Shown here: in pieces, positions 43,536-52,836 of the stretch
Numbering within the stretch: position 1 is the first letter of the stretch
Layout: each line of letters opens with the position of its first letter
Assembly (NCBI GenBank): GCA_964644565.1
Contig: CAZXWO010000005.1
Span: 3,320-67,319, forward strand
DNA from: an uncultured Thermoplasmata archaeon
GTDB taxonomy: Archaea; Thermoplasmatota; Thermoplasmata; UBA10834
Direction of reading: 5' to 3'
Length of the DNA: 64,000 nucleotides
Notes under the pieces: model-generated
Database searches by the model: none
What the model was told of the DNA's origin: nothing
What the model saw: only the letters and a program-made list of their open reading frames with translations
Program-made: the position numbers and the translations under genes

Positions 43536-44144
43536 GTGAAGCGGCTGATAGTGGTCGACGGGCTGGACGGGTGCGGGAAGGACACCCACGCCCGGAGGAT
43601 GGCCCAACTCATCGAGGCCGAGGGGCAGCGGGTATCGGTGGCGTCACACCCCTCCGGCGGGAGGCTGGGGAGGCTGGCGAAGAGGGCGTTGCAGGGCTCA
43701 GGGCACGTCCCCCGAGCCCTAGCGACGGTGTTCTACACCATGGACGTGCTCCGCTCGGTCGCCAGGTACAACAGGGCGTCGGAAGGCACGTTCATCTTCG
43801 TGAGGTACCTGCTGGGTACGGCGTACCTCCCCAGGAGGCTGGCCCCCGCAGGGTACAGGCTCTTCAGGAACCTCCTCCCGTTCCCCGACCTCGCGGTGTT
43901 CATCGACATCGAGCCCTCCGTCGCGCTGAGGCGCATCGAGGCCAGGGACCACCGGCACGAGATGTTCGAGACCCTCGAGAAGCTGGAGTCGATCCGAAGC
44001 GTCGCCAAGCGCCTCACGTCCGATGAATGGACGGTCGTCGACAACAGCGATGACGGGGAGGCGCCCTTCGACAGGCTCGCGGACGTCCTGGTCGCGAGGG
44101 GCTACATCAGGGGTGCCGGGGGAGTCAGCCCAGGTCCCCCTTGA
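43536..44144 (+). CDS. Thymidylate-kinase-like P-loop kinase
   Basis: LIVVDGLDGCGKDTHA (P-loop)...SHPSGG...IDIEPSVALRRIEARD follows the Tmk family layout. GTG start 2 nt after the upstream stop. Confidence 0.65.
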   Translation: MKRLIVVDGLDGCGKDTHARRMAQLIEAEGQRVSVASHPSGGRLGRLAKRALQGSGHVPRALATVFYTMDVLRSVARYNRASEGTFIFVRYLLGTAYLPRRLAPAGYRLFRNLLPFPDLAVFIDIEPSVALRRIEARDHRHEMFETLEKLESIRSVAKRLTSDEWTVVDNSDDGEAPFDRLADVLVARGYIRGAGGVSPGPP

Positions 44145-45063
44145 AAGCGGGCGGCGCCTCTCGCAGCCTGCACTTCTCGCAGGCCTTGTCGCAGGGCTCC
44201 ACGTGTATGACTATCGTCGTCCTGGGCAGGGCGACCTTGATGTCCTGCTCGAGGTGCTCCGCGAGGTCGTGGCTCTCCTTGACGCTGAGGTCCGACGGGA
44301 CCGTCAGGTGGAGGTCTATCTGCCTCTCGGACCCCGTCTTCCTCGCCCTCAGCCTGTGGAAGTTCACATATGTCGAGGAGTGCTCATTCATGATGCGTTC
44401 GATCTCCTTCATCTCCGCATCAGGGAGGGCCATGTCCAGGAGTCCGTGCGACGACCGCCTCGTGATGTCGTAGGCCGCCCTGATGATGAGCCCGGCGACG
44501 AAGAGCGCGATGATCGGGTCTATGAGCCTCTCGCCGGTCACCAGGATAGCGCCGAGCGCGACGAACACGCCGACGGACGTCCAGACGTCGGTCTTCAGGT
44601 GGAGCGCGTCCGCCTCCAGTGCGAGGGAGTCCGTTTTCTTGGCTACCGACATCAACCTCCTGGAGACATAGACGTTGAGGACGATGGACAGGCCCATCAC
44701 GAGCATCCCTGCCGCGACGTATTCCACCTCGATGGGGTCGAGCAGGCGCCTGCTGGCCTCGAACACGATGATACCGGCCGCAACGAAGATCAAGGCTCCC
44801 TCGATAACTCCAGAGAGGTTCTCGAACTTGCCGTGTCCGAACCTGTGGTCGGAGTCCGCTGGCTCGGCGGACCTCTTGACGGAGAAGCGGGCTATGAGGG
44901 CAGCGACGAGGTCTATCCCTGAGTGGATCGCCTCGGATATCACGCCCACCGACATCATCGCGGTCCCCACGATGAGCTTGGTGATCACCAACGCCGTGTT
45001 CGAGTAGACCGACAGCCTAGCCACGGCGATCTTCTCGCTGGCCGAATCCATGCGGCCTTCCAT
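44125..45063 (-). CDS. Cation diffusion facilitator (CDF) metal efflux transporter
   Basis: SVYSNTALVITKL..G...SVGVISEAIHSGIDL...HRFGHGKFE...LHLKTDVWTS...IHVEP. Alternative start at 45051. Confidence 0.88.
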   Translation of the reverse strand: MEGRMDSASEKIAVARLSVYSNTALVITKLIVGTAMMSVGVISEAIHSGIDLVAALIARFSVKRSAEPADSDHRFGHGKFENLSGVIEGALIFVAAGIIVFEASRRLLDPIEVEYVAAGMLVMGLSIVLNVYVSRRLMSVAKKTDSLALEADALHLKTDVWTSVGVFVALGAILVTGERLIDPIIALFVAGLIIRAAYDITRRSSHGLLDMALPDAEMKEIERIMNEHSSTYVNFHRLRARKTGSERQIDLHLTVPSDLSVKESHDLAEHLEQDIKVALPRTTIVIHVEPCDKACEKCRLREAPPAFKGDLG

Positions 45064-45165
45064 GTCCTGGCCCGTACTTAGGTTTTTTCAGCATGTGCGT
45101 TTGGTGGTCGCTCCCCGAAAACATTATCACACGATATCATCATAGCGCCACAGTCGCAGCAAGGG

Positions 45166-46731
45166 ATGTCCATGCCCGATGATGCCCCCCGTCATCTGGA
45201 TAGCCTGGCGGTCAGCAAGCTGAAGGCTGTCGCCCGGTTCCACAGAGTCGATGTCAGCACGTGCAAGAACAAGAAGGACTACGTCGAGAGACTGGCCTCG
45301 TCAGGGATCACCGAGGCGCAGGTCGCGGAGGCCCTCCCCAAGGATGAGGCGACAGGGAAACGGCCTGACGCGGCGAAGGACGCGCAGGCGGCGAGGCGGG
45401 ACGTTGAGGAGATAGCGGGGAAGTCGTCGGGGACCAAGGTCCTGCCGGCCGGGGAGGACGAGGAGGTCGAGAGGAACATAGACCTTGCGCTTCTCGCCAG
45501 GCCGTCGTTCTTCGAGATCGACTCCCAGGTGGAGACCGCCTGGAACCACATGATCATGGCGGACTACCACGACGCGCTGAAGGTGAACTCCGTAGCGAGG
45601 ACAAGGATGTTGGACAGGTTCAGCTCCTTCCAGGTCTTCTCCTGCGCGCTCTCCATCCGTGCGGCGGAGAGCATCATGGCCAGCCTGAAGGACGCGCAGG
45701 GGGCCACGGACCCGAGGCTCAAGACCGCCCTGGCCGAGACCAAGAAGGCGTTCGTCGGCGGCAGCCCGAGGCATCGCGAGGAGACGCTCGAGGAGCTGGA
45801 GGCCCTCACCGTCAAGGCGTACGAGTCGTTCTTCGAGGGGAGCACGAGGGCGGAGGCCGAGCTACGCGTCATGCTCTCCGATTACGAGTCCTTCGGTACG
45901 CAGACCCAGGAGCCGAGGAGGCTCCTCGAGATAGCGGAGCAGGCCAGGCAGTCTTTCAACGTCGCCGAGTACGCCAAGGTGCTGGGCGAGGCGAGGGAGG
46001 CGGCCGCCGGCGCGAAGGACAGACGAGCCGCGGAGATCGAGAAGTCCTTCGGGGTCGTCAGGTCCGCGATCCTCGAGGCCCGGGAGGTCGGCGCGCCCGT
46101 CCCGGCAGGTGACAGCGGGCTGCTCGAGGCGGAGAAGGCCTTAGAGGACAAGGCGTTCAGGAGGGCCACAGAGCTCCTCGCGTCCGTCGAGAGGACCGCC
46201 GACGAGGCGCACCTCGAACGGATGAGGGACACGGCGGTCAGGGAGAGGCAGTCCAACCGCGTCTCGAACAACATCGCCGGACTCGAGCAGACCCTCCGGG
46301 AGGCTGCCCAGTACGGGTTGGACGTCGACGAGGGGCTCCTGTTCGTGTCAAGGGCGAGGGCCCACTTCCAGAACAGGGACATCGTGAACGCGGCCAAGTT
46401 CGCCCGCCACGCCCAGGACCACGCCGCTGCCATCGAGGGCGACCTGGACAGGCACCGGGTCGAGCGGGGAGTGGCGAAGAAGGTCGAGGACGCGAAGTGC
46501 GGGAAATGCGGCAAGGAGGCGCTCTACTCGTTCCCGAACGACACGAGGAAGTGCATCGAGTGCGGGCATTCGTTCTCGATGGTCGTCGCCCCGGTGCCTG
46601 CCACCATGGAGCCGCTGGAGAAGCCGGTGTCCTCGTCCACCCAGGCCGTGGACGGCCCGGCGCAGAAGGATGCCGCCCCGGAGGGACCCGCGAAGATGAG
46701 GCTGTCCCGCAAGCTCAAGGTCCAGAAGTGA
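45166..46731 (+). CDS. Hypothetical 521-aa helical protein with an N-terminal SAP/HeH-like motif and a C-terminal zinc ribbon
   Basis: LSKLKAVARFHRVDVSTCKNKKDYVERL (SAP-like), a long A/E/R-rich helical body, and CGKCGK...CIECGH near the C-terminus. Confidence 0.6.
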   Translation: MSMPDDAPRHLDSLAVSKLKAVARFHRVDVSTCKNKKDYVERLASSGITEAQVAEALPKDEATGKRPDAAKDAQAARRDVEEIAGKSSGTKVLPAGEDEEVERNIDLALLARPSFFEIDSQVETAWNHMIMADYHDALKVNSVARTRMLDRFSSFQVFSCALSIRAAESIMASLKDAQGATDPRLKTALAETKKAFVGGSPRHREETLEELEALTVKAYESFFEGSTRAEAELRVMLSDYESFGTQTQEPRRLLEIAEQARQSFNVAEYAKVLGEAREAAAGAKDRRAAEIEKSFGVVRSAILEAREVGAPVPAGDSGLLEAEKALEDKAFRRATELLASVERTADEAHLERMRDTAVRERQSNRVSNNIAGLEQTLREAAQYGLDVDEGLLFVSRARAHFQNRDIVNAAKFARHAQDHAAAIEGDLDRHRVERGVAKKVEDAKCGKCGKEALYSFPNDTRKCIECGHSFSMVVAPVPATMEPLEKPVSSSTQAVDGPAQKDAAPEGPAKMRLSRKLKVQK

Positions 46732-47233
46732 CGGGCGCGGTGCACGGTGGCTTGCTGTTTGACGCGCGTTCCTTGGCGAGGCCCCTTATTATGTCCCCGC
46801 GGGTGAGGATTCCGACCAGCTTGTCCCCCTCGACGACTGGCAGGCGCTGTATCTTCCTCTCGACCATCATGACTATGGCCTCGTTCAGGGCTATCTCGGG
46901 CGCGACCGTGACGACATCCTTCGACATGACGTCCCTGACAGGGGTGTTGCCAATCTCCTCGTAGGCCTCGAGGATCTCCCTCTGGGTCACCTCCTCCTGG
47001 AAGGCGATGCCCAGGGAGGAGATCGACGGGAACACGAGCCGGAGGTCCTTCTTGGTCGTCTTTATCGACCTGAGCACGTCTATCTCGCTGAACACCCCCA
47101 CGACGCGGTCGTTCTCGACGACGGGCACGCCTGACACGTTCCGCTCCGCGAGCATCGCCGCAGCGTCCTTGACCAGCGTGTCCGGGGTGATGCTAATGAC
47201 GGGGGAGCTCATGACCTCTCGTACCTTCACCAT
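46715..47233 (-). CDS. CBS domain pair protein
   Basis: VREVMSSPVISITPDT.V.DAA.ML.ERNVSGVPVVEN and VRDVMSKDVVTVAPE...RKIQRLPVVEGDKLVGILTRGDI. Start trimmed to 47233. Confidence 0.85.
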   Translation of the reverse strand: MVKVREVMSSPVISITPDTLVKDAAAMLAERNVSGVPVVENDRVVGVFSEIDVLRSIKTTKKDLRLVFPSISSLGIAFQEEVTQREILEAYEEIGNTPVRDVMSKDVVTVAPEIALNEAIVMMVERKIQRLPVVEGDKLVGILTRGDIIRGLAKERASNSKPPCTAPVTSGP

Positions 47234-47319
47234 TCTTATCGTCCCGTTCAACCACAGAGAAGATATTAAATCCTTTCTTCCGGTTCTCCGACCGGTCAAT
47301 CCAGGGAGCTAGGGCCGCC

Positions 47320-48276
47320 ATGATGCGAACCAAACTCAAACCCATCTCGGACATCGAAGTCTCACACGACATGACCGTACGCGACATGACATCCCAGATG
47401 ATGGCATCAGGCGGCTTCACCGCGAAGAAGCTCGGCCTCGCGGTCGACATCCTCAGGGCGATGTTCAAGGAGAGGCAGTGCACCGTGTTCCTCTCGTTCC
47501 CCGCGTGCATCGTCTCGACCGGGACCAGGGGGGTGATACGGAAGCTCGTCGAGGAGAAGCTGGTCGACGTGATCGTCACGACCTGCGGCACCCTCGACCA
47601 CGACCTGGCAAGGGTCTGGAGGAAGTACTACCACGGGGACTTCCTCATGGACGACGGCGAGCTGTACAGGAAGGGCATAAACCGGCTCGGGAACATCCTC
47701 ATCCCGAACGACAGCTACGGGATAGTCCTCGAGCAGAAGATGCAACCCATACTGAGGGACATCTACCGCTCGGGGAGGAAGACCCTCTCGAGCAGGCAGC
47801 TGGCGGAGGAGTTCGGGAACCGCATCGACGACAAGAGGTCCATACTCTACTGGGCCGCAAGGAACCAGATACCGGTCTTCGTCCCGGGGATCACCGACGG
47901 GGCCTTCGGCTCCCAGCTCTGGCTGTTCCGCCAGCAGCACCCTGACTTCTCGGTCGACGTGCTGAAGGACGAGCAGGAGCTGTCGGACATAGTGTTCACG
48001 TCGAAGAAGGCCGGGGCGATAATGGTCGGCGGAGGCATATCCAAGCACCATGTGATATGGTGGAACCAGTTCAGGGACGGGCTGGACTATGCGGTGTACC
48101 TGACCACGGCAGAGGAGTACGACGGCTCCCTCTCGGGCGCCAGGATACGCGAGGCGGTGAGCTGGGGGAAGGTCAAGGAGAAGGCGAGGTACATCACCGT
48201 CGAGGGGGATGCGACGATAACGCTGCCGATGATAGCCGCGTCCGTAATAGGTACAAACAGGCCGACAAGAGATTAA
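47320..48276 (+). CDS. dys: Deoxyhypusine synthase
   Basis: MASGGFTAKKLG.AVDIL..M......VFLSF.A..VSTG.RG....LV....VDVIVTT.G.LDHD...GGG.SKHH. Confidence 0.9.
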   Translation: MMRTKLKPISDIEVSHDMTVRDMTSQMMASGGFTAKKLGLAVDILRAMFKERQCTVFLSFPACIVSTGTRGVIRKLVEEKLVDVIVTTCGTLDHDLARVWRKYYHGDFLMDDGELYRKGINRLGNILIPNDSYGIVLEQKMQPILRDIYRSGRKTLSSRQLAEEFGNRIDDKRSILYWAARNQIPVFVPGITDGAFGSQLWLFRQQHPDFSVDVLKDEQELSDIVFTSKKAGAIMVGGGISKHHVIWWNQFRDGLDYAVYLTTAEEYDGSLSGARIREAVSWGKVKEKARYITVEGDATITLPMIAASVIGTNRPTRD

Positions 48277-48316
48277 TATTGCTCAGTCGGCTTACCTGTC
48301 AAGGGGAAGTTCCGAG

Positions 48317-49384
48317 ATGATCTCCAACGAAGGCGGTCCAGAGATTCCGGCGAGTCAGGACCTCATCGCGTTCGGGCGGGAGTACCTCAAGGCGTACATG
48401 GACACGGTGGAGGAGAAGAAGCCGCAGGCATACCCGAGGTTCGCGCAGGACTCCCCGTACGCCACGAAGGTGTACTTCCTGCCCAACGGCTGCATCTGCA
48501 TGATATTCAACTCCGCCAAGGAGCAGTCCATAGAGGGCGCCGTCAAGGACTGGGAAGCGGTCCAGGACGTCATAGTTAAGGGCGTCGACCACTTCGCCGG
48601 CTTCTACCCCTTCGAGGGGCGGTCGCTGGGGGACTGGAACAAGAGGGGCAAGAAGGACGCCCTGAGGGACCTGAGGCTAATGGACAGGTCCGAGCTGGCC
48701 AAGTCAGGGGCGGAGCTGGAGAGCGTCATAGACAACATCACCAAGATGAAGAAGGCCAACCCGTGGCTCGTCAGGTCGGGGGACGAGATGATCTCCGCCC
48801 TGAAGAGCATGGAGAGCCGGATGAGGGGAGGGTTCCCCACGGTGGACGCCATCGCGAGCCTCCAGGCCCTGAAGGCCTACAACCCCGGCGCCGAGAGCGT
48901 CAAGATAGAGTTCCCGGACAGGGAGCTCCTGGACAGGATCATCGGGGGGATACAGGAGGTCGCGGGCCTCGATAACAAGCTCGAGGTCTTCGAGACCAGG
49001 ATGTTCGAGATGGAGAAGTCCCTCCAGGCGCCCGAACTCATGGAGAAGCTCTCCGACGCCTTCGACCGGGTCGACAGGCTCGAGAAGCAGCTCGAGAAGG
49101 TCTCGAACATACTGACCATGCTCAACTCCAAGGTGGAGAGCTACTTCTCCAAGTCGGCCGAGAAGGAGCGGCAGGCCGACCTCGAGAAGCGCATCGAGGA
49201 GCACACGGCGAAGGCCCTGTCGCACGAGTCCAAGATCTCCGAGCTCGAGAAGGAGGCGGAGATGCTCCTGGCCGAGATGCGCGCCATGGCGTCGAAGATG
49301 GAGAAGGACATCCACGACAGCAGGAAGAGGATCGCCCGGGTCGAGAAGCACTTCGTGGACTTCGCGAAGCTGGTCCAAGAATGA
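48317..49384 (+). CDS. Hypothetical protein: N-terminal globular region + C-terminal coiled coil
   Basis: 355 aa. The last 150 aa or so are heptad-like (LEVFETRMFEMEKSLQ...LEKQLEKVSNIL...EKEAEMLLAEMRAMASKMEKD). No family recognised. Confidence 0.55.
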   Translation: MISNEGGPEIPASQDLIAFGREYLKAYMDTVEEKKPQAYPRFAQDSPYATKVYFLPNGCICMIFNSAKEQSIEGAVKDWEAVQDVIVKGVDHFAGFYPFEGRSLGDWNKRGKKDALRDLRLMDRSELAKSGAELESVIDNITKMKKANPWLVRSGDEMISALKSMESRMRGGFPTVDAIASLQALKAYNPGAESVKIEFPDRELLDRIIGGIQEVAGLDNKLEVFETRMFEMEKSLQAPELMEKLSDAFDRVDRLEKQLEKVSNILTMLNSKVESYFSKSAEKERQADLEKRIEEHTAKALSHESKISELEKEAEMLLAEMRAMASKMEKDIHDSRKRIARVEKHFVDFAKLVQE

Positions 49385-49391
49385 GCGGGCC

Positions 49392-50381
49392 ATGAAGCGA
49401 GTGTGCGTCCTCCCTGGAGACGGCGTCGGGCCGGAGGTCGTCGGATGTGCGACGAGGGTCCTCGGAGCGGCGGCCCCCGGGGTGGAGCTCCTGCAGGCCG
49501 ACATCGGCCTGAGCGCTTTTTCGAAGCACGGCTCGTACCTCCCGGAGTCCACACTGGACCTCATGCGCGACTGCGACAGCTCCCTGTTCGGCGCTGTCTC
49601 GTCCGTCCGCGACGACCGCTACAAGTCCCCCGTGCTGGCGTTCAGGAGGGAGCTGGACCTCTTCGCGAACGTCCGGCCCGTGAAGAGCCTCATAGCCCTC
49701 AGGGGCAGGGGGCCGATCGACGTGGTCATCGTCCGGGAGAACTCCGAGGGCCTGTACCACCAGGTCGAGGCCGAGGACCCGGAGGGGGTCACGACCCCCA
49801 GGCGCGTATCGAGGCGCGCCTCGGAGCGCATAGTCGACTTCGCGGTCCACTACGCGCGCTCCCGCGGAAGGAAGGGGCTGTGCTGCGTCCACAAGTCCAA
49901 CGTTCTCAGGAAGTCCGACGGGCTCTTCCTCGATGTCTTCCGGGAGCGCGTCACGGCGTCGGGTCTCTCCGCGAGGGACCAGCTGGTCGACTCCGCCGCG
50001 ATGCTGCTCGTGACCGACCCGGCGTCCTTCGATGTGATCGTCACCCTCAACCTGTACGGGGACATCCTCTCGGACGTGGCCGCCGGGGTGGCCGGCGGGC
50101 TCGGCTTCGCGCCGTCGGGGAACATCGGGCCCGAGCACTCGGTCTTCGAGCCCGCGCACGGGTCCGCCCCGGACATAGCAGGAAGGGGCGTCGCGAACCC
50201 CACCGCCGCCATACTGTCAGCCGCGATGATGCTCGGGCACATCGGCATGTCCCGGGAGGCCGAGGGCATCGTGTCCGCCGTACATGGGACGTACGCGGCC
50301 GGGCACCTCACGGTCGATGTCGGGGGCAGCAACGGCTCCGAGCGCTTCACTGACCGAGTGCTCGAGAGACTGCGCCGGTGA
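49392..50381 (+). CDS. Isopropylmalate/isocitrate/homoisocitrate dehydrogenase family (LeuB-like)
   Basis: VLPGDGVGPEV...R.ELDLFANVRP...VRENSEGLY...NLYGDILSD.AAG..GGLG.APS.NIG...FEP.HGSAPDIAG.G.ANP. Confidence 0.85.
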   Translation: MKRVCVLPGDGVGPEVVGCATRVLGAAAPGVELLQADIGLSAFSKHGSYLPESTLDLMRDCDSSLFGAVSSVRDDRYKSPVLAFRRELDLFANVRPVKSLIALRGRGPIDVVIVRENSEGLYHQVEAEDPEGVTTPRRVSRRASERIVDFAVHYARSRGRKGLCCVHKSNVLRKSDGLFLDVFRERVTASGLSARDQLVDSAAMLLVTDPASFDVIVTLNLYGDILSDVAAGVAGGLGFAPSGNIGPEHSVFEPAHGSAPDIAGRGVANPTAAILSAAMMLGHIGMSREAEGIVSAVHGTYAAGHLTVDVGGSNGSERFTDRVLERLRR

Positions 50382-50868
50382 GGGACCTCCACGGCCGCGA
50401 CACCCGGTCCATGACATGCCCTGCGAAATCCCTGAACCCGCACCCCGGGTTCGCCGCAGCGTACCTTCGGAACGCGACCGAGGCCAGCGCGAGGAACGAG
50501 CCGGCGAGGAGGGCCACCTCCCACACTGAGAAGAGCCCCAGGACCGCCTCCTGGAGATAGTCCATGACCATGTGGACGCCCCAGAACAGCAGGGGCAGGG
50601 CCAGCCTGGAACCTGTGGACACCGGCCCGACGACCATCACCGCCACGGGGTTGTGGAACATGGACTTCCACTGGCCCTCGGGCTGCATGAGGTCTCCCAG
50701 GTCGAGGACGCTCGCCAGCCCGTTGGCGGCGACGTAGTCCTTTAGCCCCAAGAGGTGGTCGACGTCTATGAAAACCCCGAACAGGAGGGCCACGAACGAG
50801 TCGTTCTTGTCCAGGTTCAGGAGGGTGATCAGGAGAAGGGTCACGATGAGGTGCGTTATGGCAAGCAT
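50347..50868 (-). CDS. Membrane protein, possibly DUF457/YdjM-like metal-dependent hydrolase
   Basis: MLAITHLIVTLLL...FGVFIDVDHLLG..., 4-5 hydrophobic segments. Its 3' end overlaps the convergent LeuB-like gene by 35 nt. Confidence 0.5.
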   Translation of the reverse strand: MLAITHLIVTLLLITLLNLDKNDSFVALLFGVFIDVDHLLGLKDYVAANGLASVLDLGDLMQPEGQWKSMFHNPVAVMVVGPVSTGSRLALPLLFWGVHMVMDYLQEAVLGLFSVWEVALLAGSFLALASVAFRRYAAANPGCGFRDFAGHVMDRVSRPWRSLTGAVSRALGQ

Positions 50869-50985
50869 GGGTCCTCGGCGCTATCGGTGTGGCGCATCAA
50901 TTGTCAGCGCTCGTATATCATGTTATCGCTCAGACTCCGCTTGACTCGGAGGCCCCAGAGGGACCTTACCGGAATGGAGGGGATG

Positions 50986-51070
50986 TGCGGGGGCTGAGAT
51001 TCGAACTCAGGGACTCCTTCGAGACCAGACCCTCAATCTGGCGCCGTTGACCGGGCTTGGCTACCCCCGC
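50986..51070 (-). tRNA. tRNA-Leu (anticodon GAG)
   Basis: Acceptor GCGGGGG/CCCCCGC, anticodon arm CCAGA-TTGAGGG-TCTGG, long variable arm, T arm CTGAG-TTCGAAT-CTCAG, discriminator A, no encoded CCA. Confidence 0.9.
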
Positions 51071-51281
51071 ATGGTTGGCGCTGGCCCGCCTTCGTAAAGC
51101 GTTTACCGATTAAAGCCTTTCGTCCCGCTGCCGCCGCGGGTGGGTCCGAGGGGCGGCGGTGGCCTCGGGCGCGCGTTCCGTCGTTCAATCTCATCAAATA
51201 AATACTATGTCGCAATACCCTGTCACAAGTCAATGAGCACGGGGTCCATACTCCGCGCGAGGACTGTTAGGGGAACATCAA

Positions 51282-52748
51282 ATGATAGGATTCCCGAGAG
51301 GAAAAGTCACGTTCCGGATGCTCCAGAAGGAAGACCTGGAGTCCCTTCACTGGGGAACGTTGGATGTGCTTGAGAACGCCGGTATCAAGGTCATCAGCGA
51401 CGAGTGCCTGAAGCTGCTCGAGGACGCGGGCTGCAGCGTCGACCGCAAGCAGAGCCTCGCGAAGATCCCGGGCAACCTGGTCGAGGAGGCCATTCGCAAG
51501 GCCAAGAAGAACATAACCCTCTGCGCCCGGAACCCGAAGTACGACGTCGTCCTGGACGGCAGGAGGACCTACTGCTGCACGGACGGCAACGGCACCAGCG
51601 TCATGGACTTCGACACCGGGAAGAGGAGGATGTCGACCAGCAAGGACCTCGCCATGGTCGGGAAGGTCGCGAACGCGCTCGACTCCGCCCACATATTCTG
51701 GCCGTGCATCAGCTGCCAGGACATACCAGACTACTACAGGCACGTCGCCGACCTCAAGGTGGCGCTCATGAGCATCGAGAAGCACGTGCAGGTGGAGACC
51801 ACCAGCCACAGGCGTGAGGCGCAGTGGCTCATCAAGCTCGGCACGGCCCTCGCCGGCGACGAGAAGGCCCTCAGACGGAGGCCCATCTTCTCCTCCATGC
51901 ACTGCCCGTTCTCCCCGCTCCAGCTGGACGGGGGCTCGACGGAGGGTGCGCTCACGCTCGCCCGCGCAGGGGTACCAATCTCGTTCTACGGCATGCCCCA
52001 GGCGGGCATCACGGGCCCCGTCACCCTCGCCGGGTCGATCATCGTCAACAACGCCGAGGTCCTAGGAGGGCTCACGATGGCTCAGCTCGCTGCGCCCGGT
52101 TCGCCCTTCATGTACGGGACGGGCGGCGCGGCCTTCGACATGAAGACCATGACATGGGCCGGGGGCGGCCCCGAGAGGGCGCTCATATCCGCGGGGGCAG
52201 GGGAACTGGCCCACCACTACGGGTTCCCCATCCTGTGCGGCGGCATCGTGACGTCCGCGAAGGTCCCCGGGCCCCAGTCGTGCTACGAGAAGATGTCCAG
52301 CGGCCTCCCGCAGTTCTACGCGGGCTGCGACATGGTCGCCGGCCTAGGGCTGCTCGATGACGTGACCATGCTCTCCTACGAGCAGATGGTCATCGACAAC
52401 GAGATGGTCAAGATCATGGCACGGCTGGCCCAGGGCGTCGTCGTCGACGACGACCACATGGCCGTCGACCTGATCAAGAAGGTCGGCCCCGGAGGCAGCT
52501 TCCTGCCCGAGAGACACACCATGTCCTGGCTCAACAAGGAGCACTTCATGACCGAGATCACGGACCGCAGGACGGGCGAGCTCTGGGAGGCGGACGGGAG
52601 GAAGAGCGTCGTCGACCGGGCCCGCGAGAAGGCGGCGAAGATCATGAAGGAGCACCAGGTGCAGCCCGTGCCGAAGGACGTCGCCGACCGCTTCGAGGCG
52701 ATCGTCGCGTCGGCGGAGAAGGACATCAAGGAGCACGGCCTGGACTGA
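51282..52748 (+). CDS. MttB-superfamily (trimethylamine methyltransferase-like) protein without an in-frame amber codon
   Basis: 488 aa and alignable by eye along its length to MttB/COG5598 (e.g. LE.AG..V......A.IP..LVEEA, GGP...L...A..ELA..YG.P). The reading frame is uninterrupted, so it is a non-pyrrolysine member. Confidence 0.75.
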   Translation: MIGFPRGKVTFRMLQKEDLESLHWGTLDVLENAGIKVISDECLKLLEDAGCSVDRKQSLAKIPGNLVEEAIRKAKKNITLCARNPKYDVVLDGRRTYCCTDGNGTSVMDFDTGKRRMSTSKDLAMVGKVANALDSAHIFWPCISCQDIPDYYRHVADLKVALMSIEKHVQVETTSHRREAQWLIKLGTALAGDEKALRRRPIFSSMHCPFSPLQLDGGSTEGALTLARAGVPISFYGMPQAGITGPVTLAGSIIVNNAEVLGGLTMAQLAAPGSPFMYGTGGAAFDMKTMTWAGGGPERALISAGAGELAHHYGFPILCGGIVTSAKVPGPQSCYEKMSSGLPQFYAGCDMVAGLGLLDDVTMLSYEQMVIDNEMVKIMARLAQGVVVDDDHMAVDLIKKVGPGGSFLPERHTMSWLNKEHFMTEITDRRTGELWEADGRKSVVDRAREKAAKIMKEHQVQPVPKDVADRFEAIVASAEKDIKEHGLD

Positions 52749-52836
52749 GTGCTTCGGCAAAGTCTATTAGCCCAGACTACTTCGGGCTGGACGGCGGACG
52801 GAGGACCCGTCCAGCCCCAGGAAACCCCTTCGGAAG

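Noticed and set aside
51282-52748. Pyrrolysine (in-frame TAG) read-through in the MttB homolog.
   Set aside because: The ORF is continuous from ATG to TGA with no internal amber codon and no split-gene signature. It is a non-Pyl family member.
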